Shown: piece after piece, positions 1-9,594 of the stretch | How positions within the stretch are numbered: position 1 is the first letter of the stretch | How the letters are laid out: every line of letters begins with the position of its first letter | Source of the DNA: Myxococcota bacterium | GTDB taxonomy: Bacteria; Myxococcota; JACRCW01 | Assembly: GCA_040752415.1 (NCBI GenBank) | Contig: JBFMGU010000015.1 | Location: 6,458 to 70,457, forward strand | Direction: 5' to 3' | Length of the DNA stretch: 64,000 nucleotides | Translations under genes and position numbers: made by a program | The notes under the pieces: generated by a model | What the model was told of the DNA's origin: nothing | The model's input: the letters and a program-made list of their open reading frames with translations, nothing else | The model's database searches: none

Positions 1-1
1 G

Positions 2-1012
2 AAGGACGCGCTGCGGAACGCGGTGGAAATGGTGGCGGGTGCCAACGTCACCAGCGTGACCACGGTGAAGGACTTCCAGCTGGTCAGCGACGCGGTGGCT
101 TCCAAGGCCGAGGGCTTTGTGAAGGAGTACAAGATCCTGGAGGAGAAGAACGAGGGCGGCGTGGTGACCATGCGGGTCTCCGCCACCGTCAGCAAGTCCG
201 CCGCGGCGGATGCCTTCTCCCTGGCGTTGATGGAGGCGGGTCACCCCAAGGTGGCCTTCATCATCGCGGAGCGCATGGCGGGCCAGACGGATTTCTCCTT
301 GGCCAACCAGGAGCGCGGCAAGAGCGAGAACATGATGGTGGACTACTTCCAGCAGCGCGGCCTGACGGTGGTGGACCTGGGCGGCCTGGCGGGAATCAAT
401 CTCAACGGCACCGCCTCCACCGGCCAGCTCAGCGCCCAGGACGCCGAGTACCTGAGGGAGAAGGCGGACGCGCAGTACGCGGTGGTGGGTACCGTCGTGG
501 GCGTGGATGCCGGGCCCATCATGCAGACCGGCCTGCGCAGCTACAACATGAGCCTCACGCTCAAGATGTTCAACACGAACACCAATGAGGTGGTGGCCAC
601 GGTGACGAAGAGCAACGCCATCCCGTGCACCGCGCCCAACCTGGCGCCGCCCTCGTGCAGCAGCCTGTACCGGGCCCGCGTGGTGGATGCGGCCGCCCAG
701 GAGCTGTTGGAGAAGACCTCCAAGTCCTTCGTCAAGAACATGACGGGCACCAAGCGCGTGCAGATGCACGTCACGGTGGCCAACTTTGGCGCGCTGCAGA
801 AGTTCATCAAGGCGCTGCCCGAGGATGTTCGCGGCGTGGCCAGCGTCCAGCAGCGCTCCTTCAAGGGTGGCAAGGCCGTCCTGGACGTGGAGCTGGAGGG
901 AGGCGACACCAACTACCTGGCCAGCGAGCTGAGCGCGAAGAAGATTGGCGGGGCCGCCGTGGAGGTCAACGGGGTCAATCCCAGCCAGCTGGAGATCGAA
1001 ATCAAGAAGTAG
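2..1012 (+). CDS. LPP20/FlgP-like domain periplasmic lipoprotein (5' end outside window)
   Basis: The open frame runs off the window start and M23 is internal. The pattern A..ALRNAVE..G..V.S.T.V....V.D.V.S...G.V..Y.IL.E resembles the LPP20 lipoprotein domain. GC3 coding bias is strong. Confidence 0.5.
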   Translation, partial: KDALRNAVEMVAGANVTSVTTVKDFQLVSDAVASKAEGFVKEYKILEEKNEGGVVTMRVSATVSKSAAADAFSLALMEAGHPKVAFIIAERMAGQTDFSLANQERGKSENMMVDYFQQRGLTVVDLGGLAGINLNGTASTGQLSAQDAEYLREKADAQYAVVGTVVGVDAGPIMQTGLRSYNMSLTLKMFNTNTNEVVATVTKSNAIPCTAPNLAPPSCSSLYRARVVDAAAQELLEKTSKSFVKNMTGTKRVQMHVTVANFGALQKFIKALPEDVRGVASVQQRSFKGGKAVLDVELEGGDTNYLASELSAKKIGGAAVEVNGVNPSQLEIEIKK

Positions 1013-1068
1013 CCGTTTGCGGGTGGTGCAACCGGTAGCTGGCGGAGGACGCCGTTCCCCCGCAGTCA

Positions 1069-1905
1069 GTGAGGCCTTCCATGAGAATGCGCGTGGTCAG
1101 TTCCCTGGGTGCGGCGGCCATCTTCTCCGCTGCTGCGCTGTGGCTGTTGCCGGCAACCGAGACGCAGGCCGCCAAGGCCGCCAGCGCCAAGGCCGCCGGT
1201 GTGGCGGGCAAGGTGACGTTCATCAAGGGCGGTGCCCAGCAAGGCCAGAGCGAGAAGGGCCCGTTCAAGCCGCTCCGCCGCAATGACGACGTCCGCGAGG
1301 GCGCGTGGCTGAAGACCGCGGGGGATGGTCGCCTGGAGGTCAAGCTGGCCGACGGCTCGCTGGTGCGCCTGGCTTCCGGCACCACCCTCAAGCTGGGTGA
1401 GGCCAAGGCCGACAAGGCCCAGGAGCCCGCGGCGGGCCAGAGCAAGCTGACGGCCGGGAAGATGTGGGCTTCCGTGACCAAGGCGGTGGGCAGCGAGAGC
1501 AAGTTCGCCGTGCGCACGGAGAACGCGGTGGCCGGCGTGCGTGGCACCACCTTCCGCGTCAACGCCGAGGAAGACGGCTCCACCCTGGTGAAAGTCTACG
1601 AAGGGGCGGTGGCGGTCTCCAACGCGCCCATCGTCGAGAAGCAGAAGGCGGCGGGCGGCGGCAAGAAGGGCCCCATCGACTTCAAGAACCGCACGCAGGT
1701 GGCGGCCCCGTTCCAGGAAGTGAGCAAGGAGGAGTGGGAGAAGATCGTGGGGCAGATGATGTCCATCCGCGTGGCCAAGGACGGCACGCAGGCGGAGCCC
1801 ACCGAGTTCACCGCCGAGAATGACGCCGCCAGCGAGGAAGAGAAGGAGTGGATCGCGTTCAACCAGGAGCGCGACAAGGAAGCCCAGGCGGCCACTCCGC
1901 AGTGA
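1069..1905 (+). CDS. FecR-domain secreted protein
   Basis: There is an N-terminal signal peptide (alternative start M1081). The FecR signature V.L.DGS.V.L...T.L......AVRGTTF is present, followed by an acidic C-terminus. This gene is convergent with the kinase gene. Confidence 0.65.
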   Translation: MRPSMRMRVVSSLGAAAIFSAAALWLLPATETQAAKAASAKAAGVAGKVTFIKGGAQQGQSEKGPFKPLRRNDDVREGAWLKTAGDGRLEVKLADGSLVRLASGTTLKLGEAKADKAQEPAAGQSKLTAGKMWASVTKAVGSESKFAVRTENAVAGVRGTTFRVNAEEDGSTLVKVYEGAVAVSNAPIVEKQKAAGGGKKGPIDFKNRTQVAAPFQEVSKEEWEKIVGQMMSIRVAKDGTQAEPTEFTAENDAASEEEKEWIAFNQERDKEAQAATPQ

Positions 1906-1990
1906 TGTCCTCTCGTCGATGCGCGCTCGCACCGGGTAGCGCGCGTCGGCGGACGCTTCGAATCCCCCCACAACCTGTCACCAAGAAGCG

Positions 1991-4900
1991 TCAGGCGGTC
2001 TGACCTTCCCGGGCCAGCTTGTCCTTGGCGAGCGCGCGCTTGAGGAAGCGCAGGGCGAGGCGGCTCTCGTCGGTCTGGGAGGCCAGGGAGGGTGTGCCGC
2101 CGGGGTGTGACTCGTCGGGGGCGCCGGGTGTCTCCGCAGCCACCACGCGCGCCTGGGCCTGCAGGCGGTACTGCTGCGCCGTCAGGCGGTCACCCGCCGA
2201 GTCTGCACGTCGCGCCAGCGCCAGGTCCAGGTGGCCCAGGTGCAAGTCGACGGCGCTGAGGAAGATGGGGTCGTCCACCGCTTTCAGCAGCGCGGCGGCC
2301 TGGCCCAGCAGCTGGCTGGCGTCCTCCACGTGCCCCAGCGCCGCCGTGACGCCGCCCAGGCTGGCCAGGAAGATGCCCTCGTAGCGCTGGTCGCAGACCT
2401 CCCGGACCACCTCCACGGCGGCCTGGTAGTTGGCCTGCGCCTCCTCCAAACGCTCCTGCTCGTGACGGAGGAAGCCCAGGTAGCCCTGGCTGATGCCCTC
2501 CAGGCGCCGGTCGCCGACCTCGCGGTTGATGGTGAGGCTCAGCTCATAGTGCTTGCGCGCCTCCGAGAGACGACCCAGCTCCTGCTCAAGGATGGCCAGG
2601 TAGAGCAGCACCAGGCCCTCGGCGCGGCGGTCGCCCACGCGACGGAAGATGTCGCGGGCCTTCTCGTAGTTGACGCGTGCCTCGTTGAGGTGGGCCTCAT
2701 TGTGCTGGAGCGAGCCGAGGCGCTGCAGCGCGCGGGCCTCACCCCAGTTGTCGGCGAGCTCACGATTGATCTCGAGCGTGCGCTCGTAGAGGGGGCGGGC
2801 CTCCTCGGTGTGGCCCTGGTCGTCGTGGACCTTGCCCAGCACGTCCAGCACCGCGGCTTCCACGCGTCGATCCTTGGCCTCGCGCGCGAGCCGCAGCGCC
2901 TGTTCTCCGTCGAGCAGCGCCTCCGCCATCCTCCCGCGCGCCACCCGGGCCCGCGCCCGCGCCTCCAGCACCCGCGCCCGCAGTGCCGGGAAAGCCACGC
3001 TGAACGTGGGGCTGTCGACGGCACCGTCGAGGAGCGCGAGGTGCGCGCCAAAGGGGCCGCGCGTGCTGAGCACCGGGTCCACCGCCAGCAGCGTCCCCAG
3101 CGCCAGCTGCGCAGTCTGCGGCGTGGGCGGCTCCGCGACGACGGCGCGCTGGTGCACCGCCATCAGGTTCTCCTGCTCCTGCGCCAGGCGCCGCATCTTC
3201 TCCACGCCGCCGTGACGACGGAGATTGCCCGCCCAGTCCGTGCCCACCTTCAGGAAGTACGCCCCGTGCTTGGCCAGCGCGGACTCCGCCAGGCCCATCT
3301 GCTGCAACTTCTCCGCCGCGTACTCGCGGATGGTCACGTACAGACCAAAGCGCAGCTCACCGGGGAAGTCCTTGGGCTCGTAGGTGCGGAGCAGGGACTT
3401 GTCGCGCAGGGCCTGCACCACGTCGAGAACCCAGGGCGCTTCCGCGTGCGCGGAGAGGTCCACCACCTCCTCCGCCGCCTCCAGCGTGAAGTCGCCGCGG
3501 AAGACGCTGCACTGTGCCAGCGCGCTCTGCTCCCACGGCTGCAGCAGGTTCCATGACCAGTCAATGGCGCCGCGCAGCGTGGATTGACGGGCGTTGCTGT
3601 CGCGCTTGGTGCCGGCGAGCAGGTCAAACCGACGCGGGAGGCGCTCCAGCAGCTTGGCGGCGGAGAGCACACCCATCCGCGCCGCGGCCAGCTCGATGGC
3701 GAGTGGGATGCCGTCGAGCTGACGGACGATTTCCGCCACCAGCGGCGCTTCCGCTTCCGTGAGCGCGTAGCCACGTCGGACGGTGCGCGCGCGCTCCACG
3801 AAGAGCTGCACGGCCTCGGAGGCGGCGACGTCGTCACCGGCCTGGGGCGTGGGCAGGGGCGCCAGGTTGTGCGGGACCTCGCCGGGGAGTCGCAGCAGCT
3901 CCCGGCTGGTCACCAGGAAGTGCGCGCGCGGCGCCATCTTCAGCCACACGCCCAACGTGGCGGGTCCGTGCTCCACCACCTGCTCGAAGTTGTCCAGCAG
4001 GATGAGCACCCGGCCGCGCGCCGCGAGGGACTGACCCAGCTGACTGACGACGTCACCACGCGTGGTCCCGCTCACCAGCGCCACGTCCAGCGCGCGACCC
4101 ACCGCGTTGCACACCCCGTCGATGTCACGGGCTTCCGTGAGGTCGCACAGCCAGGCGCCGCCGCCCGCGTTCTCGGTGAACTGCTCCAGGTTTGCGTACG
4201 CGAAGTGCGTGGCGAGTCGGCTCTTGCCCGTGCCGCCAGGGCCCAACAGGGTCACCAGCCGTTCACCGCGGGTGAAGAGATCCTTCAGCGCCGTGAGGTC
4301 CGCCGCGCGGCCCACAAAGCCGGTGAGCTCCGGTCCCAGGTTGGTGCGGCGGAGGTCGACGACGGTGGGCGCGGCCGCGTCGCTCAGCCCGCTGGTCACG
4401 CTGTTGCTGCCCGTGCCCGGCGAGGCGAAGGGACCCGTGCCCGCACCGCTGCCTTCCTTGGGGAGCTGCGCCGTGGCCGCGCTGTGGATGCGCATGGAGC
4501 CCGTCTTGGGACGCAGGCTCTCGGTGGCCTCCTCGATGTTCGAGATGGAGCCGCTGACGGGGTCCACCTCCAGCATCGGCTCGGCGAGCTGTTCGTGCTG
4601 CAGCGTGGCGGCAAACAGCGTGCGCATGTACTGGCCCACGCGCGCCGGCGAGTGCACCACACCCTGGTGCGCCAGGTACTCCTCGAGGGCAAGCACCAGC
4701 TCCTGGCAGTTGCCGAAGCGGTCGTGCGCCTTGCGTGAGAGGGCCTTCATCAGGATCCGCTCCAGCGCCGGCGGGTAGCCGCTCACCACGCTCGACGGCG
4801 GCGGGACCTCACACTCCATCACCGCGTGCAACGTCATGACGTCACTGTTGCGGTAGAAGAGGCGCTTCATCGTCGTCAGCTCGTACGCCACGATGCCGAG

Positions 4901-5530
4901 CGCGAACTGGTCGGTGCGGTGGTCCACGGGCTCGCCGGAAGCCTGCTCCGGGCTCATGTAGCTGTACTTGCCCTTGAGCACGCCGCTGGCCGTCTCGAAC
5001 GTCTGGCTGGCGGCCTTGGCGACGCCGAAGTCCAGGATCTTCGTCGAGCCGTCGTAGGTGACGAGGATGTTCTGCGGGCTGATGTCGCGGTGGACGATGT
5101 CGAGCGCGCGGCCGTTGAGGTCCGTCTTGGCGTGCGCGTAGTGCAGGCCGCTGGCCGCATCCATGACGATCTGCAGCGCGTGACCCAGCGGCACGGGCTC
5201 GCTGGCCTCGGAAGCGCGACGGAGGATGCGTCGCACGTCCTGCCCGTGCAGGAACTCCATGGAGATGAAGTACGTCCCCTTGTCCTCGTGGATTTCATAC
5301 ACGCTGACGACGTTGGGATGGCGCAGGTCCGCCGCGGTTCGGGCCTCATCCAGGAACATCTTCACGAACGCTTCATTCTGCGCCAGGTGCGGAAGGATGC
5401 GCTTGATGACGACGAGCTTCTCGAATCCCCGGAACCCGGTCTGGCGCGCCAGGAACACCTCCGCCATGCCGCCGGTGGCGATTTTCCGCAGCAGCTCGTA
5501 CTTGCCGCCGATGGTGACGGGCGCGCTCAT
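1991..5530 (-). CDS. STAND-type Ser/Thr protein kinase with kinase, P-loop NTPase (NB-ARC/AAA-like) and TPR regions
   Basis: The 1244-aa ORF contains a Hanks kinase domain, with GGMAEVFLAR, the catalytic HRDISPQN and DFG. A P-loop GPGGTGKS follows, and the C-terminus carries multiple TPR-like repeats. I chose the start MSAPVTIGGKYEL, where CAT lies at about 5528-5530. Confidence 0.85.
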   Translation of the reverse strand: MSAPVTIGGKYELLRKIATGGMAEVFLARQTGFRGFEKLVVIKRILPHLAQNEAFVKMFLDEARTAADLRHPNVVSVYEIHEDKGTYFISMEFLHGQDVRRILRRASEASEPVPLGHALQIVMDAASGLHYAHAKTDLNGRALDIVHRDISPQNILVTYDGSTKILDFGVAKAASQTFETASGVLKGKYSYMSPEQASGEPVDHRTDQFALGIVAYELTTMKRLFYRNSDVMTLHAVMECEVPPPSSVVSGYPPALERILMKALSRKAHDRFGNCQELVLALEEYLAHQGVVHSPARVGQYMRTLFAATLQHEQLAEPMLEVDPVSGSISNIEEATESLRPKTGSMRIHSAATAQLPKEGSGAGTGPFASPGTGSNSVTSGLSDAAAPTVVDLRRTNLGPELTGFVGRAADLTALKDLFTRGERLVTLLGPGGTGKSRLATHFAYANLEQFTENAGGGAWLCDLTEARDIDGVCNAVGRALDVALVSGTTRGDVVSQLGQSLAARGRVLILLDNFEQVVEHGPATLGVWLKMAPRAHFLVTSRELLRLPGEVPHNLAPLPTPQAGDDVAASEAVQLFVERARTVRRGYALTEAEAPLVAEIVRQLDGIPLAIELAAARMGVLSAAKLLERLPRRFDLLAGTKRDSNARQSTLRGAIDWSWNLLQPWEQSALAQCSVFRGDFTLEAAEEVVDLSAHAEAPWVLDVVQALRDKSLLRTYEPKDFPGELRFGLYVTIREYAAEKLQQMGLAESALAKHGAYFLKVGTDWAGNLRRHGGVEKMRRLAQEQENLMAVHQRAVVAEPPTPQTAQLALGTLLAVDPVLSTRGPFGAHLALLDGAVDSPTFSVAFPALRARVLEARARARVARGRMAEALLDGEQALRLAREAKDRRVEAAVLDVLGKVHDDQGHTEEARPLYERTLEINRELADNWGEARALQRLGSLQHNEAHLNEARVNYEKARDIFRRVGDRRAEGLVLLYLAILEQELGRLSEARKHYELSLTINREVGDRRLEGISQGYLGFLRHEQERLEEAQANYQAAVEVVREVCDQRYEGIFLASLGGVTAALGHVEDASQLLGQAAALLKAVDDPIFLSAVDLHLGHLDLALARRADSAGDRLTAQQYRLQAQARVVAAETPGAPDESHPGGTPSLASQTDESRLALRFLKRALAKDKLAREGQTA

Positions 5531-5736
5531 GGCCGGGGGCAGCCTACAACCAACCCGCGGTGCTGGGGAGCCGCGTGGGACCGCCGGCGTCATCTCGCGC
5601 CAACGCTCTCGCCCGAGGGGCGCTCCGACGCGGAAAGCGCGGTGAAAAGCGCTGCGGTGCGTGGTAGTTGCGACGTCGCGCCGGCGTGGCGGGCCTCCCT
5701 CTGTTGGGCGGCGCGCGGCCGGCAAGGAAGGGCCCC

Positions 5737-8700
5737 ATGCGTGCCATCCCCCTTGCGCTGTTGTTGCTCACCACCGCCACCGCCCAGGCCATGACCGTGG
5801 AGGAGATTGCCAATCCCCACGCGCACGCGCTGGACCGGCTGCAGAACCTGGGGCTTGTCCGTGGGCAGCGACACCGCGTGCACCCGCTGCAGGTCAACGC
5901 CGGCGCGGGCGAGAGCTGGACCCTGGAGACGGTGAACCTGCCGGGGGCGCGGGTGACGCCGTCGTCGGGGACGGGGAATCAGCTGGTGGAGCTGGCGCTG
6001 GATGGCAACGCGGCCGCGGACCTGCTGCAGGGCGCGGTGGTGCTGAAGCACGGCTCCGGCGCGGTGCAGCAGCAGCTGTCGGTGAACGCGACCATCTGGC
6101 CGCCGCAAGGCGCCAATCCCACGCGCGACGAGCTGCGCGTCCGCACCGGCTGGCCCCAGGACCCCGACTACGGCGAGCTGTGGGACCTCTGGGGCTTCCT
6201 CCCCGACGACGTGAGCCATCCCGGCGCCAACCTGCCGGAGATCGAGTCGTGGGAGCGCACGGCCTGTCCCGACGGACAAAGTGGCGCGAACTGCACCGCG
6301 GAAGGACAGGCGGGCCTGGCGGCGGGCATGAGCGCGGACCGCGCGTGGCGGCTGACGACGGGAGATCGTCGCGTGACGCTGGCGGTGCTGGACAGCGGGA
6401 TGAACTGGTCGCACCGGGACCTGCTGGAGCAGGTGCGCGTGAACGTCGACGAGCTGGTGGCGTGTCCGCCGCTGGGGGCCTCACCCGTCGACCTGGCGAG
6501 CTACGACGTCAACAAGGACGGCTGGGTCAACATCCGCGACTACGACCACACCGAGGTGGCGGACTGGAACGGGAACGGTCGCAAGGACGTGCAGGACCTC
6601 ATCCACGGCACCGTGGACGGGCGCGCGTGCAGCGACGGGATTGACGACGACGGCAACGGCTATGTGGACGACATTGCCGGCTGGGACTTCTTCTGGGACG
6701 ACAACGACGCGGGTGACGACGTCGACTTTGGCCACGGCGAATTCGAGGCGCGGTTGAGCGCGGGACAGGCGCACAACGGCACGGGCGGTCTGGGCGTGTG
6801 TCCCACGTGCAGCTTCATCCCGCTGCGGGTGGGCGACAGCTTCATTGTCGACGTCAACCGCTACGCCGAGGCGGTGGTCTACGCGGTGGACAATGGGTGC
6901 TCCGCGGTGCAACAGGCGCTGGGTGGGCTCTCCAACACTCCGACGATGAACAAGGCGGTGGACTACGCGTACAACAACGGTGTCCCGGTCGTCGCCGCCG
7001 CCAGCGACCTGCTCAGCTACCACCACAACTGGCCCGCCAACGCCGACCACGCGTTCATGGTGCACGCCATCGTCTACAACGGGCTCTCCAACCTGGGCGG
7101 CGCGGCAAGCTGGCGTGACGCCGAGACGTTCCTCAATTTCAACAACTGCACCAACTACGGCGCCAAGCTCATGCTCTCCTCTCCCGGCGAGGGCTGCTCC
7201 AGCGAGGCCACCGCGAAGACCAGTGGGCAGGTGGGGCTCATCAAGAGCCACTGGCTGCGCCTGCGCGAGCGTTTCCCCGACGACCCCTACTACGCACGCG
7301 ACCTCAGCGCCGAGGAGATCTACCAGGTGCTGACCCAGAGCGCTGACGACATCGACGTCCCCGGCGCGGAGACCGACGAGGGAGCGTTGGCCAAGGGCAA
7401 GTACGCGTCGAACGAGGGCTGGGATGAGCACTTTGGCTACGGGCGCAACAACGCGTACCGCGCGCTCAAGATGCTCGAGGACAAGCGCGTCCCGCCCGAG
7501 GTGGAGCTGACCGCGCCGGGTTGGTTCGAGATGGCGCGCGTGCGCGACGGCGCCACCGTGGAGGTGCGCGGGCGGGTGCAGAACCGTCGCTCGGATGCGC
7601 AGGCGTGCTTCACGGTGCGCTGGGCGCCGGGGGTGGCTCCTTCCGAAGGAGAATTGGGCCAGCACGTGCTCAGCCAGGGGTGCGTGAACGCGGGACCGCA
7701 GCCGGTGAAGTCGTTCTCGGACGCGCTCACCGCCTCGGACCTGTTCGCCGCGCTGCCGCAGGGTGACGTTCGGACGCGCGACGACCGCACCATCACCGTC
7801 GAGCTGCGCGTCACCGCCAACGCGCCGGGTGGTGAGGTCACTGGTGTGGCGCGTCGCAGCTTCTTTGTGGAGCAGGATGACAGTCTGCTGCCGTCCTTCC
7901 CTCGCTACCTGGCGGCGAGCGGGGAGAGCAGCCCGCGTTTTGTCGACGTGGATGACGACGGGAAGGACGAGCTGCTGGTGGCCACCTCCGACGGGAAGGT
8001 GCACCTGATGAACGCCAAGGGGAGCGAGCTTCCCGGTTTCCCGGTGACGCTCATGCGTACGCAGGCCACGTGCGGCGGTACCGTGGTCCGTCACGGTGCA
8101 GCGCCGGGCGTGCAGGCGGGCGGGATTCCGACGGAAGCGGGCTCCGCCATTGTGTCCTCGCCCGCGGTGGCCAAACTGGACGGACCCGACGCGCCGCCCA
8201 GCATCATCGTGGCCACCACGTTTGGCGCGCTGTTCGTCGTCGACGCGGCGGGTGAGCTGCGGACCGGATTCCCGGTGTGCCTGGATGAAGCCGCCATGGC
8301 GGAGGTGAAGTCCAACCACAAGTTCCCCGACCGGAAGCGGCGCGCGGAGATGGGATTCCTCTCCTCACCCACGGCCTTCGACCTCGAGGATGACGGCGTG
8401 GTGGACATTGCGATTGGCGGCGGCGACGGGCAGCTCCACGTGTGGCTCCCCGACGGAAAGGTGAAGCCGGGGTTCCCGGTGATGCTGAGCCACCCGGCCT
8501 TCGTCGACACCGACAAGTACGGGGACCGCGTGGTCTCCTCGCCTACGGTGGCGGACATCGACGGGGACGGGGTGTTCGAGCTGGTGATTGGCAGCAACGA
8601 GCGCTTCGAGAACGTGGCCCAGAGCGCCATCTACGCGGTGCACCACGACGGGAACAATCACGCCGGCGGCGCCTACCTGGACACGCGCGACGAACGCGGT

Positions 8701-9585
8701 GACCTGGTGTGGCCGCAGTCCGTCAACATGTTCACGCCGGAGGAGCTGCTGCCGACGATTGGTCGCGGGCATCCCACCAGCGTGGCCGCCGCGGACATGG
8801 ATGGCGACGGAAAAGACGAGATCTTCACGGCAGGGCTGGGCGGCTGGGTGCGCATCTACAACGAGAAAGGTCTCCACCCCGCCATCCCCGACGGCATGCT
8901 GTTCTCTGCGGGAGACTTTGGTCCGCAGAGCAACTCGCAGGAGTCCGCGGTGCTCACCATGATCAACAGCCCTTCCGTGGCGGACATCAACAACGACGGC
9001 AAGATCGATGTCATTGACGGCATGGTGGGCGTGGGCATTGCCGGGCTGGTGAGCCAGGGCGGTGAGCGCATCCAGTTTGATCACGTGGTGGGCGCGTGGG
9101 ATGCCGCCACCGGGACGTTCCATGATGGATTCCCGGCTGTCGTCGAGGATTTCCAGATCCTGATGAACTACCCGGTGGCCGACGTGGACGGGGACGGGCA
9201 GCCTGAAGTGGTCGTCGCCACGGCCGGGTACTTCATCCACGCCATCCGCGCCGACGGGACCAAACCCGAAGGCTGGCCCAAGCTCACCGGCGGGTTCACG
9301 CTGGCCACACCCACGCTCGGCGACATTGACGGCGACGGCACGCTGGAGATGGCGGCCATCACGCGCAATGGATACCTGTTCGTGTGGGCATTGGGCGGGC
9401 CCAAGGACAGCGTGCAGTGGGGTGGCTTCAAGCATGACCGCTGGAACACCGGCAACCTCCGCTTCAAGCCCGACACCGCCGAGGCGGCGCCGTTGGATTG
9501 CGGGTGTCGCTCCGTCGACGGCACGCCGCCGTTGATGGCGCTGGCGTTCATGGCGCTGCTGCTGCGTGTTCGTCGTCGTCGCTAG
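5737..9585 (+). CDS. Secreted S8 subtilisin-like peptidase with FG-GAP/VCBS repeats and a MYXO-CTERM sorting tail
   Basis: The signal peptide is MRAIPLALLLLTTATAQA. The D and H motifs are DSGMNWSHRD and IHGTVDG, and the Ser motif is the divergent AKTSGQ. There are at least five DxDGDG FG-GAP-type repeats. The C-terminus CGCRSVDGTPPLMALAFMALLLRVRRRR is a Cys plus TM plus Arg-rich MYXO-CTERM tail. Confidence 0.85.
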   Translation: MRAIPLALLLLTTATAQAMTVEEIANPHAHALDRLQNLGLVRGQRHRVHPLQVNAGAGESWTLETVNLPGARVTPSSGTGNQLVELALDGNAAADLLQGAVVLKHGSGAVQQQLSVNATIWPPQGANPTRDELRVRTGWPQDPDYGELWDLWGFLPDDVSHPGANLPEIESWERTACPDGQSGANCTAEGQAGLAAGMSADRAWRLTTGDRRVTLAVLDSGMNWSHRDLLEQVRVNVDELVACPPLGASPVDLASYDVNKDGWVNIRDYDHTEVADWNGNGRKDVQDLIHGTVDGRACSDGIDDDGNGYVDDIAGWDFFWDDNDAGDDVDFGHGEFEARLSAGQAHNGTGGLGVCPTCSFIPLRVGDSFIVDVNRYAEAVVYAVDNGCSAVQQALGGLSNTPTMNKAVDYAYNNGVPVVAAASDLLSYHHNWPANADHAFMVHAIVYNGLSNLGGAASWRDAETFLNFNNCTNYGAKLMLSSPGEGCSSEATAKTSGQVGLIKSHWLRLRERFPDDPYYARDLSAEEIYQVLTQSADDIDVPGAETDEGALAKGKYASNEGWDEHFGYGRNNAYRALKMLEDKRVPPEVELTAPGWFEMARVRDGATVEVRGRVQNRRSDAQACFTVRWAPGVAPSEGELGQHVLSQGCVNAGPQPVKSFSDALTASDLFAALPQGDVRTRDDRTITVELRVTANAPGGEVTGVARRSFFVEQDDSLLPSFPRYLAASGESSPRFVDVDDDGKDELLVATSDGKVHLMNAKGSELPGFPVTLMRTQATCGGTVVRHGAAPGVQAGGIPTEAGSAIVSSPAVAKLDGPDAPPSIIVATTFGALFVVDAAGELRTGFPVCLDEAAMAEVKSNHKFPDRKRRAEMGFLSSPTAFDLEDDGVVDIAIGGGDGQLHVWLPDGKVKPGFPVMLSHPAFVDTDKYGDRVVSSPTVADIDGDGVFELVIGSNERFENVAQSAIYAVHHDGNNHAGGAYLDTRDERGDLVWPQSVNMFTPEELLPTIGRGHPTSVAAADMDGDGKDEIFTAGLGGWVRIYNEKGLHPAIPDGMLFSAGDFGPQSNSQESAVLTMINSPSVADINNDGKIDVIDGMVGVGIAGLVSQGGERIQFDHVVGAWDAATGTFHDGFPAVVEDFQILMNYPVADVDGDGQPEVVVATAGYFIHAIRADGTKPEGWPKLTGGFTLATPTLGDIDGDGTLEMAAITRNGYLFVWALGGPKDSVQWGGFKHDRWNTGNLRFKPDTAEAAPLDCGCRSVDGTPPLMALAFMALLLRVRRRR

Positions 9586-9594
9586 GAACCAACC

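Noticed and set aside
2231-4738. Several 380-440-aa plus-strand ORFs
   Set aside because: They are antisense to the large STAND kinase and give Arg/Gly/His-rich translations.
6481-8319. 612-aa minus-strand ORF inside the subtilase gene
   Set aside because: It is Arg/His/Gly-rich and lacks motifs. It is a typical long antisense open frame of a high-GC coding region, and the plus-strand S8 peptidase is clearly the real gene.
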